DNA of 64,000 nucleotides, from NCBI GenBank assembly GCA_001563335.1, contig LRSL01000118.1, positions 2 through 64,001 on the forward strand. The letters are read 5' to 3'. A program made the translations under genes and the position numbers. Shown here one piece after another: positions 56,611-64,000 of this stretch. The notes under the pieces were generated by a model, which was not told where the DNA came from, ran no database searches, and saw nothing but the letters and a program-made list of their open reading frames with translations. This stretch comes from Candidatus Thorarchaeota archaeon SMTZ1-45. GTDB lineage: Archaea; Asgardarchaeota; Thorarchaeia; Thorarchaeales; Thorarchaeaceae. Each line of letters opens with the position of its first letter. The first letter of the stretch is position 1.

Positions 56611-57609
56611 GTGGTCGATATGAGTGACATGCATAGCATGGTAAAGAATTTCCCAAGCTTGCTAACTAGCTACAGAATAGAAAGTGAAACCAGAGAAACT
56701 TGTATTAGACTCGGAGACGAGGGCATTGGTGGAATCTTAATTTTGGGAATGGGTGGAAGTGCCATCGCAGGTCTTTATGTTCAATCTCTCTTTAGACACT
56801 CAGCGCCTATTCCAATACTAACAAATCAGGATTACACACTCCCTGCTTATGTAGACTCCAATTGGATTATCATAGCTGTGAGTTATAGTGGAAACACAGA
56901 GGAAACATTAGCGGCTTATGACGAATCTGTCAATCGTGGTTGTCAAACATTCATCATTGCATCTGGGGGTGAGCTTTATACCAAAGGTAACAGTCTGAGT
57001 AAAATTAAGATTGTAGATGGGTATCAACCAAGAGCCGCATTTCCATTGATTTTTCCTATAGTCTTGAATTTGGTTGAGTGTGTAATGGGATTAAAACCAA
57101 CAGAGCTGGGCACTATTGCGAATTCACTTTCAAAGAAAGCGCTTGAATGGGAGAATTCGTCACTCGCGCCTAAACGCCTAGCTCAGGATATTATAGGAAT
57201 TGTACCACTCTTTATTGGATCCAGAAACCTAGTTCCAGTTGCATATAGAGCAAAATGCCAGATTAATGAAAATGCTAAGACTATGGCATTCTTTTCTGAA
57301 GTGCCTGAAGCCAACCATAATGAGATTGAGAGTTTCATTTCTGGAAATGAATTCAAGATATTGCCAATATTCATTCGGAGCTCGTATGAAGATATTAAGA
57401 TTAAAAAGAGGATGAACATCACTGCTAGGCTCTACAAGGAGGAGGGATATTCTCCAGTTAGTCTAAGCATTGAAGGTTCAAACAAAGTCGAAGAGATGTT
57501 GGCTTTTACATTTTATCTTGATCTTGTTTCTGTGGAATTAGCCAAAATCCGTGAAGTAAATCCTTTGACTGTAGAACAAATTAGCAAACTCAAGAACGAG
57601 TTAAACTAA
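56611..57609 (+). CDS. Bifunctional phosphoglucose/phosphomannose isomerase (SIS domain, archaeal PGI/PMI type)
   Basis: ILGMGGSAIAG and VSYSGNTEET SIS motifs, with the C-terminal domain typical of PGI/PMI. GTG at 56611 or ATG at 56620. Confidence 0.8.
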   Translation: MVDMSDMHSMVKNFPSLLTSYRIESETRETCIRLGDEGIGGILILGMGGSAIAGLYVQSLFRHSAPIPILTNQDYTLPAYVDSNWIIIAVSYSGNTEETLAAYDESVNRGCQTFIIASGGELYTKGNSLSKIKIVDGYQPRAAFPLIFPIVLNLVECVMGLKPTELGTIANSLSKKALEWENSSLAPKRLAQDIIGIVPLFIGSRNLVPVAYRAKCQINENAKTMAFFSEVPEANHNEIESFISGNEFKILPIFIRSSYEDIKIKKRMNITARLYKEEGYSPVSLSIEGSNKVEEMLAFTFYLDLVSVELAKIREVNPLTVEQISKLKNELN

Positions 57610-57658
57610 GAAACTAAATCATGGATAATGTGCATTTGATGTCTTTTCCATATAGCAT

Positions 57659-58207
57659 CTAGGTCACTATAGTTACGCCGGTCGCGTTGAAATAAAGAGT
57701 TCTCGATGTTTGTGATTGTGCCTCATCAAATGTAATGAAAGTGTACCTAAGTCTAATATACCAGTTCCATGTATCAACCATATCTGCTTGAAGGACAGTA
57801 TTTCTATCAGTTTCAGAGTTAATCTCACTAGCCAATGTGAAATTCGAATCGTACCCAGGATGAAGTAACTGATCAGCATCATTGTTCAGATATCTGTTAA
57901 AGACTGTATAGGACAGAAGGTCATCATTAAGCCAAACAGTTCCATAGATAACTGTCAGTCGAACATTTCCTTCAATTGGTGAATCAGTCTGGAAATTGAA
58001 AGTAAATGACAGAAAAGGATAGATTGATTCATTTTCTTGATCAACGTTTCCAGCCAATACTTCCACAAGATTAACATTCATTCTGCCAGCTAGCACATAG
58101 CTACCAGAATAGTATTGTACATTGCCAACAAGGAAGACCGAACTTACCATTGCAGATATGATTAGAAACGCAACAATGATATTCTGGCTGCGTTCACTCG
58201 AGATCAT
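57659..58207 (-). CDS. Hypothetical N-terminally anchored extracytoplasmic protein
   Basis: One TM helix followed by a beta-rich region with several N-x-S/T sequons. Confidence 0.5.
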   Translation of the reverse strand: MISSERSQNIIVAFLIISAMVSSVFLVGNVQYYSGSYVLAGRMNVNLVEVLAGNVDQENESIYPFLSFTFNFQTDSPIEGNVRLTVIYGTVWLNDDLLSYTVFNRYLNNDADQLLHPGYDSNFTLASEINSETDRNTVLQADMVDTWNWYIRLRYTFITFDEAQSQTSRTLYFNATGVTIVT

Positions 58208-58272
58208 CTCTGTTCACTCACCAGACGTTCATATTGGTCAATATGTTCCTTTTGCTTCACGCACCAATCAAA

Positions 58273-59145
58273 TTAGATTAGAAAAGGCAATGATATAATA
58301 TGAACAACCCAAGGAAATAGTGCCAATAATGCAGGGAGAGGAATCCCTGGTAGAATTTCATTTTCGCGAGCCAAAACTGTCATGTTAATTGTGATTCCAA
58401 CAATTGCCAACGATACTGACATTATCCAGACATAAAGTGGGAAGAATATCAAAGAATGTGCAGAGATTAAAGAGAAAGCAATGTAGTCTCCAACACCAAT
58501 AGCAGCGGTCTTTGACTGAATCCTAGTATAATCGAAGGGATCTGATCCAGGAGTATCAATCAGGTATGCAGACTCAGCTACAGGAGAATATCTTGTGAGG
58601 AAAAAATCCTCAGCAACAACCGAGATTACAAGCACGAACATACTGGCAGTCAGGAAAATAATCCCGAGAAAAGTACCAAAAACACTTCCATAGAATGCAA
58701 CAAAGAAATTCCTTAGATATGAGGGCACAGAATCCATCATTATGAATGCAAATGAAATTAGAAGAATTCCTAGAGTAGCAATGGAAAAAATACTTGGCCA
58801 GATTGATTGCGTAGCGCCTTTTATAATAATAAGCAGCAAAGACTGACCCAGAATATAGAATGATACAGTCAATACAGGAGACACAATAAAAGCGATAATT
58901 GTCCTTCTTGCTCTTGGTCCCTGTTTTTGAATTGTAAAGAAAAGAGTTGCAACAACAAGTGTGCCTAATCCTGTGGATATGATAGCTTGAATTGCTACAT
59001 CAGCAAATGAAAAGATCTGTGAGTTTTGAGCGAGAATATCACCGATTCCACCTGATGTCAGAATCAATGCAGCAAGTCCAGCCCCAATCAGGAGGGGAAA
59101 AATGGAAATAAGAATCAATTCAAGTCTTTGTTTGTCAAGCTTCAT
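58273..59145 (-). CDS. Presenilin/signal-peptide-peptidase-like GxGD intramembrane aspartyl protease
   Basis: Multi-pass membrane protein with IGVGDYIAF (GxGD) followed by LPALLALFP (PAL motif), in the order seen in presenilin homologues. The candidate first Asp is in VAEDFF. Confidence 0.6.
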   Translation of the reverse strand: MKLDKQRLELILISIFPLLIGAGLAALILTSGGIGDILAQNSQIFSFADVAIQAIISTGLGTLVVATLFFTIQKQGPRARRTIIAFIVSPVLTVSFYILGQSLLLIIIKGATQSIWPSIFSIATLGILLISFAFIMMDSVPSYLRNFFVAFYGSVFGTFLGIIFLTASMFVLVISVVAEDFFLTRYSPVAESAYLIDTPGSDPFDYTRIQSKTAAIGVGDYIAFSLISAHSLIFFPLYVWIMSVSLAIVGITINMTVLARENEILPGIPLPALLALFPWVVHIISLPFLI

Positions 59146-59250
59146 TTAGAAATCCCTTGATCGTTTCTGAATCGCTGTGCATTAAAGTAACTCTCTTTCA
59201 CGCAATTTTGGAATTACCTATAGCAATATTTTTGCTTACAGATTAAATTC

Positions 59251-59283
59251 AAAAAATAAGAGAAGAGGGGACATATGTCCCCT
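59251..59283 (-). terminator. Hairpin plus pyrimidine/T-rich tract after the SBP gene
   Basis: Perfect palindrome AGGGGACAT|ATGTCCCCT (59266-59283). It is followed on the minus strand by TCTTCTCTTATTTTTT. Confidence 0.45.
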
Positions 59284-59293
59284 TAGATGTAAA

Positions 59294-61156
59294 CTATTTC
59301 TGTCGCAGCAGTACGAAGCCACCGACAAGGATCACAACTGCAGCACCAACTGCACCAGCAACAATTGCTAGTGTAGCATCAAATACAGGTTCAGTAGGTA
59401 CGCCTGTAGGAGTTGTGGTAGTTGTGTCAGGTGTAGCAAATCGATCCTCAGGCAGGTAAGCCCATAATGGGTCGATTGAAACCTCGTAGAACTCTCCAGC
59501 TTCCATGTCAGTGAACTTGAATGGACCAAGTGTGACAAATGGATCGTCAGGATTGTATCCTGGGTTCCAAGTGTTCCAGCCCTCATAGCCAATACCAGCA
59601 CCAGGCTCGAAGATGTGCTTGGGGATGATGTAGATTTGTGCGGCATTAAAGAAGTTCCAGAAGCTTTCTCTGGCAAACTCGACAACAAGAGTGTATGGTG
59701 TCGGAGCGTATGCAGCTACGAAACCAGCTTCTGCAAGACTCGCACCTGAAGGATTGCCTAATGGAAGAGTTTCCATATCGTAGGTGAATGTGAATGCGGC
59801 ATCTTCAGCAGTGAATGGGACACCATCGCTCCAGGTTGCGTTCTGGATGATGTCAAAGGTAAACTTTTGGTGTCCATTTGGCAGAACTTCCATTGTATAG
59901 CCTTCAGCCAAGACTGGGTATGGATCCAGGTCAGGACCAAAGTCATACAGCATCGACCAGAATGTACTGTAAACGTTAGATGTGTACCCTGAGTTCGATG
60001 TGAAGAGGTTGAATGTGTCTGGCTCTTGGCCAATTCGGACTGATAGCGTACCACCATAGGTGTCATCGAGCTTGATGAGTTTTTGCATGTTCCATTTGCT
60101 GTTAAGGTACCTACCTACGTCAGCAATATGGCCCTTGAACTTGTCGGTTCTGTAGCCTTGGAGATACATATTCTCATAAGTGATTAATATTGGCACTAGG
60201 TTCTGCATCTCCAACTGGAATTCAGCACATGCGTCAAAAGCTTCTTGATAGTTCCTTGCAGTAACTATATCGTCTAGAATACGATCAATGGTTTCGTTCC
60301 TGAAGTTTGCAGGATTCTGGTATGGAACATCTGCGTATTCTGAGCCATACCTTGTGACTAGATAGTCTAGGGTCTTACCATAGAAAATGGTAGCATAGAA
60401 GATCATATCATAGTCACCGTGCTGATCTAGGTTTGAGCTGTATGTGTTGAAGTCTTCCTGGTTTGTATTAGCACTGATGTGCAGAGCACGGAGTGCATCA
60501 ACACCTATCTGAGCAGTACCACCAGCAATGGCAGGTGAGGATGGTGAGTACGCAACCTCGATATGGATTGGGTTGCCATTCGGGTCTGTGCGGTACCCAG
60601 TCACAGGGTCAAAACCGAATCCTGTATCATTCAAAATTTGGTTGCCTTCCTGAACTTGAGGTAAGTAGTAGTGGAATGGAAGATCATCTTCAATGCAGAA
60701 TAGATCATTTGTATAGACAACAAGTGAGTCGTGCAATTGACTTAAGCCCTGGAAAACCTCTGATTGGACTCTTGTCTTGTCATATGCTAAGGCAAAAGCT
60801 CTGCGAAACTCAGTCCAGTTCGTGGGAGATTTAGCATTGTTCATCACTATGTGCCCATAGCCATTACGAAGTACTCCTTCACTCACTTCAATATTGGGAT
60901 CTGCCTCAAAGATGGGGACAGTTGTGGGTTCAACGAAACTATCATGAATGTCAACAGCCCCGCTTTGTAATGCAAGGATCATGTTGTCCTCTGTGGCAAT
61001 CACTTTGAACACAACTTTGTCAACGTTTGGACCTACATTCAGGTCCTCCAATGTAAACACTGGTTGTGCAACGCTAAGCGCAGGTGAAAGCGCCATAAAG
61101 AGAAAAGCTGTGACGAAAGTGATAGCTAGAAGACGATTTCTCCTATTAATATTCAT
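59294..61156 (-). CDS. ABC transporter substrate-binding protein (family 5, peptide/nickel type), C-terminally membrane anchored
   Basis: N-terminal signal/TM helix, a ~550-aa SBP-sized body, a Thr-rich linker (TTTTPTGVPTEP) and a C-terminal TM helix. It lies adjacent to DppB/DppC-type permeases. Confidence 0.8.
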   Translation of the reverse strand: MNINRRNRLLAITFVTAFLFMALSPALSVAQPVFTLEDLNVGPNVDKVVFKVIATEDNMILALQSGAVDIHDSFVEPTTVPIFEADPNIEVSEGVLRNGYGHIVMNNAKSPTNWTEFRRAFALAYDKTRVQSEVFQGLSQLHDSLVVYTNDLFCIEDDLPFHYYLPQVQEGNQILNDTGFGFDPVTGYRTDPNGNPIHIEVAYSPSSPAIAGGTAQIGVDALRALHISANTNQEDFNTYSSNLDQHGDYDMIFYATIFYGKTLDYLVTRYGSEYADVPYQNPANFRNETIDRILDDIVTARNYQEAFDACAEFQLEMQNLVPILITYENMYLQGYRTDKFKGHIADVGRYLNSKWNMQKLIKLDDTYGGTLSVRIGQEPDTFNLFTSNSGYTSNVYSTFWSMLYDFGPDLDPYPVLAEGYTMEVLPNGHQKFTFDIIQNATWSDGVPFTAEDAAFTFTYDMETLPLGNPSGASLAEAGFVAAYAPTPYTLVVEFARESFWNFFNAAQIYIIPKHIFEPGAGIGYEGWNTWNPGYNPDDPFVTLGPFKFTDMEAGEFYEVSIDPLWAYLPEDRFATPDTTTTTPTGVPTEPVFDATLAIVAGAVGAAVVILVGGFVLLRQK

Positions 61157-61321
61157 ATTCTCTCTATCTCCTTTCTTGTCCGAGTCGAAATCGGATGCAG
61201 TTCAAATGAGAGAGGAGAATAAAAGCATTACGTATGTCGTAACCGTTGTGTGAGGGAGTGCACACATGTGAAACACAACATTAGGGTCTAAAAGATTTAA
61301 TCATTTATTGAATAATTCCAG

Positions 61322-61353
61322 AAAAAATAAGAGAAAGGGAGTATGGAACTCCC
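61322..61353 (-). terminator. Hairpin plus pyrimidine/T-rich tract after the permease gene
   Basis: GGGAGT-atgga-ACTCCC (61337-61353), followed on the minus strand by TTTCTCTTATTTTTT. It shares the 14-mer AAAAAATAAGAGAA with 59251-59264. Confidence 0.45.
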
Positions 61354-61360
61354 TCAAAAA

Positions 61361-62437
61361 TCATCCATACTTGATTCGCGGATCAAGTACTCCATAGAGC
61401 AAGTCCGCCACGAAGTTTGCTAAGATGGCTGTGATTGCAATGATCATGAAGATTGCCTGAACCACAGGGAAGTCTAGAGCAATCAGACTCTCAAAGATGA
61501 ACCGTCCTAACCCACGCCATGTAAAGACAGTTTCCGTCAGCGTGGCTCCGTTTATCAGGAATCCGAAGGTCATTGCAATGATTGTCACCATTGGTAACAT
61601 CGCGTTTTTCATGCCGTGTTTATAGAGCACCTGATTCTCGTCTAGACCCTTTGCACGTGCAGTAAGGATATAGTCCTCAGTCATTACATCTATGAGATTG
61701 TTACGCATATAGAGAAAATAGCCCCCATAACCACCAACCCCTAGAGTGATCATAGGCAGGAAAAGATGGTGAAGCACATCTCCAGCTACTATTAAAGCTC
61801 CAAATGGACTCGTCCTTGCAACCTCCCATACCTCATAACTAATGGTTCCAAACTGTGGAAATCCGATTGCGACACCAAATGTTGTTTCAGTCCATAAGGG
61901 GAGCATATAGCCAAAAACCATGAGAAGCATCATCCCTAGCCAAAAGACTGGCAAGGCATAGACAAAAAGAGCCACTGTGACAGCACCAATGTCCTTTTTT
62001 GAACCAGGGTCAGAAGCCACTTTGACACCGGTCCAGATACCTAGTAGAATGGAAACCATTGAGGAGGTGCCCATTAACAGTAATGTGTTGGGTAAACGCT
62101 CAACAATTGACTCCATAACTGGTCTCTTGGTCAGAAATGAAACTCCGAAATTCCCAGTGAACATGCTGACGATATAGCGCCAGAACATATAGATCCAGTC
62201 AAATATGTCAGGATTCATCACAAGTCCAAAGTTAGCATACATCTGCTCCAACAGGTCTTGAGTTAAGTTACGCCGAAGCTCATCACTTAGCATCAGACTG
62301 ACTGGATTAGCTCCAAACAAGAAGGTCGGGAGTCTGAAGAGGAAAAAGTTGAAGCACACCACTGCTATTATCAAGAGGAACATGTAGACGCTGCGTCTTA
62401 TCACATACTCACGAAGACCCATTTCTTGATACTCCAT
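61361..62437 (-). CDS. ABC transporter permease (DppB/OppB type)
   Basis: EAA-loop region LTARAKGLDENQVLYKHGMKNAMLP. Six TM helices. Confidence 0.9.
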   Translation of the reverse strand: MEYQEMGLREYVIRRSVYMFLLIIAVVCFNFFLFRLPTFLFGANPVSLMLSDELRRNLTQDLLEQMYANFGLVMNPDIFDWIYMFWRYIVSMFTGNFGVSFLTKRPVMESIVERLPNTLLLMGTSSMVSILLGIWTGVKVASDPGSKKDIGAVTVALFVYALPVFWLGMMLLMVFGYMLPLWTETTFGVAIGFPQFGTISYEVWEVARTSPFGALIVAGDVLHHLFLPMITLGVGGYGGYFLYMRNNLIDVMTEDYILTARAKGLDENQVLYKHGMKNAMLPMVTIIAMTFGFLINGATLTETVFTWRGLGRFIFESLIALDFPVVQAIFMIIAITAILANFVADLLYGVLDPRIKYG

Positions 62438-62526
62438 TATTGTTAGTACATAGTGATACTAAGTACCGCAATATGTTGTTGGGTGGGTAAATGACTTATA
62501 AAAGTAGTGTTCAAGGCGGACGAATG

Positions 62527-62560
62527 GAAGAAGAGAGAGGCGAGAAGTGGAAAACTCCAC
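62527..62560 (-). terminator. Hairpin plus pyrimidine-rich tract after the DppC-type permease gene
   Basis: GTGGA-aaac-TCCAC (62547-62560), followed on the minus strand by TTCTCGCCTCTCTCTTCTTCC. Confidence 0.35.
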
Positions 62561-62583
62561 ACTCACATACTCCCTTGATTCCA

Positions 62584-64000
62584 CTACCTCTCTCGCAGTC
62601 GCGGATTCAGCACTTGGTCAAGTGTGTGGCCTACGAAAGTGAAGGACAGAGAGAGAAGTGTTATCATCAGACCAGGAAATACAACGACCCACCATGCACC
62701 CCTAATGAACGCTGCCCCATTTTGTGCATCCGCAAGCATCCTTCCCCAACTTGGTTCTTCAATATCTGTCAGACCAAGGAAAGATAAGCCAGCCTCAGAT
62801 AGGATTGCTCCTACTACACCAAGTGTGATATTAGCAAAGAGGATGGGCGTTACATTTGGCAGAACATGTCTGAACATGATGTAGGTATCTGTGGCACCAA
62901 TCGCTCTAGCGGACTCAACATAAGCCTTATTCTTCTCAGCAAGAACCTGAGATCTTATCAGTCGAGCAGTCCCGGTCCAACCCAGAATAGCTATCACTAT
63001 GATGATGTTTTGTGTAGATTCCCCAAGGAAAATAGCTAATACCATCATAAGCGGCAAGCCAGGAATGACCAAGAGGAAATCGACAGCCCGCATAAGAATC
63101 TCGTCTACTTTGCCGCCATAGTAACCCGCAACTAGACCAACTACAACACCCAAAACGGTTGAGAGAGCTGTTGCAAGAATTCCGATGGTTAGTGAAACAC
63201 GACTTCCATAGATGAGTTGAGAATATGCATCCGCGCCCCAAAATGTGGTCCCAAGGGCTCCAAAGTAACCTCCGTAAGCAGTAAGTTGAATGCCAGTGAC
63301 CATGAAAGTGACACTACCAGTATAGTTCTGCCATGGAATAATACCACCATAGCTCTCGAAATTACGATATGGAGCAAGTCCAACACGAATCTTAATGGTA
63401 TCATTTCTAAAAGGTTGAGTCTCGTTAACTTCAATTGTACCTCGAAATGTGTCTCTAACAAAGATATATGAGAACGGGACGCGACGCTCGCTTATTGTTT
63501 CTGAGTACGTAGCGTCTCTTGTTTCATAGACTCGAATCCACTCATTCTCAGGAGTAACAACCCAGACGTAAAGCCTGAACATTAGATTATTGTACGGCCT
63601 AGCTCCCGGAGCAAAGTCGCCGGTCAGGGTAGTGCGAAAAGAAACTGTCATGTTAACAGCACTAGGCATACCGTTCCACGTCCACTCAAAGGACTGATCA
63701 AAATAGACAAAGTCATTGTAATCAGGCATATCCATTGCTGGATCCGGGCCAATGTAATCGAGCTGTTGCCCAGCTATATGTTGCCACGTCAAGTTAACGT
63801 AACTAGTTTCATCAGGTTCAGTTGCTTGGTTGTATAGAGCGCTGAATTCGCCACTTGTCCCATTCACATACATAAAAGGCTCTTGGTTTAAATCAGACCT
63901 ATCCAAGTAATTAGCTGTAACGACACCCTGTGGGTCAAAAACACTCATCCATGATGGTGCTAGATACGAAGGAGCAATTGGTTTTAGTGGGTTTGGATCC
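62584..64000 (-). CDS. ABC transporter permease (DppC/OppC type) with a large extracytoplasmic insertion; 5' end outside the window
   Basis: ESARAIGATDTYIMFRHVLPNVTPIL EAA loop. The frame stays open upstream of the tracked ATG (63948) to the window edge. A ~230-aa sequon-rich region precedes the conserved core. Confidence 0.85.
   Translation of the reverse strand, partial: DPNPLKPIAPSYLAPSWMSVFDPQGVVTANYLDRSDLNQEPFMYVNGTSGEFSALYNQATEPDETSYVNLTWQHIAGQQLDYIGPDPAMDMPDYNDFVYFDQSFEWTWNGMPSAVNMTVSFRTTLTGDFAPGARPYNNLMFRLYVWVVTPENEWIRVYETRDATYSETISERRVPFSYIFVRDTFRGTIEVNETQPFRNDTIKIRVGLAPYRNFESYGGIIPWQNYTGSVTFMVTGIQLTAYGGYFGALGTTFWGADAYSQLIYGSRVSLTIGILATALSTVLGVVVGLVAGYYGGKVDEILMRAVDFLLVIPGLPLMMVLAIFLGESTQNIIIVIAILGWTGTARLIRSQVLAEKNKAYVESARAIGATDTYIMFRHVLPNVTPILFANITLGVVGAILSEAGLSFLGLTDIEEPSWGRMLADAQNGAAFIRGAWWVVVFPGLMITLLSLSFTFVGHTLDQVLNPRLRER

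Noticed and set aside
1-64000. I looked for CRISPR arrays, IS elements or transposases, integrases, prophage genes, toxin-antitoxin pairs and rRNA/tRNA genes.
   Set aside because: I found no regularly spaced direct repeats, no DDE or tyrosine/serine recombinase motifs and no tRNA cloverleaf. The only tandem repeats are in-frame coding repeats.

Overview
This is a gene-dense, moderately AT-rich archaeal chromosome segment with about 70 protein genes on both strands. Intergenic spacers are short, GGAG-type Shine-Dalgarno motifs sit 6-12 nt upstream of many starts, and several neighbouring genes overlap by 4 nt (ATGA). I saw no rRNA, convincing tRNA, CRISPR array, transposase or integrase.

The housekeeping and metabolic core includes:
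- Translation and amino-acid metabolism: archaeal GluRS, AlaX, IlvE, GdhA, ThrC and an M20 peptidase.
- Redox and Fe-S: tungsten-type aldehyde:ferredoxin oxidoreductase with its ferredoxin, and Mrp/NBP35.
- Nucleotide and sugar metabolism: PRPP synthase, uridine/nucleoside phosphorylase, SurE, a GlmU-like nucleotidyltransferase, IMPase and PGI/PMI.
- Hydrolases: SerB-like and Gph-like HAD phosphatases.
- Others: CutA, and a peptide-type ABC importer (substrate-binding protein plus two permeases) that runs off the 3' window edge.

Several eukaryote-signature-type genes are mixed in: an ESCRT-III/Snf7 protein, a 790-aa protein ending in an EAP30 (Vps22/36) tandem winged helix, a longin-Ras-like GTPase fusion, a presenilin-like GxGD protease and an FKBP12-like PPIase. 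Together with the archaeal markers this suggests an Asgard-type archaeon, but that is inference only.

The most unusual loci, in window order:
1. 5069-9934: the EAP30-like giant lies divergent from an apparent operon of a Zn-finger protein, a winged-helix protein and the longin-GTPase.
2. 10776-11621: an eS25-like gene with no canonical start codon and a histone-H1-like KKAAPKK repeat tail.
3. 16950-19825: two tandem fusions of a DapA-family aldolase to a formaldehyde-activating-enzyme (Fae)-like domain.
4. 20280-25370: two translationally coupled orphan giant proteins.

There are also sub-threshold small genes and candidate structured RNAs in the few long non-coding gaps. All functional calls come from motif recognition by eye; no database search was run.
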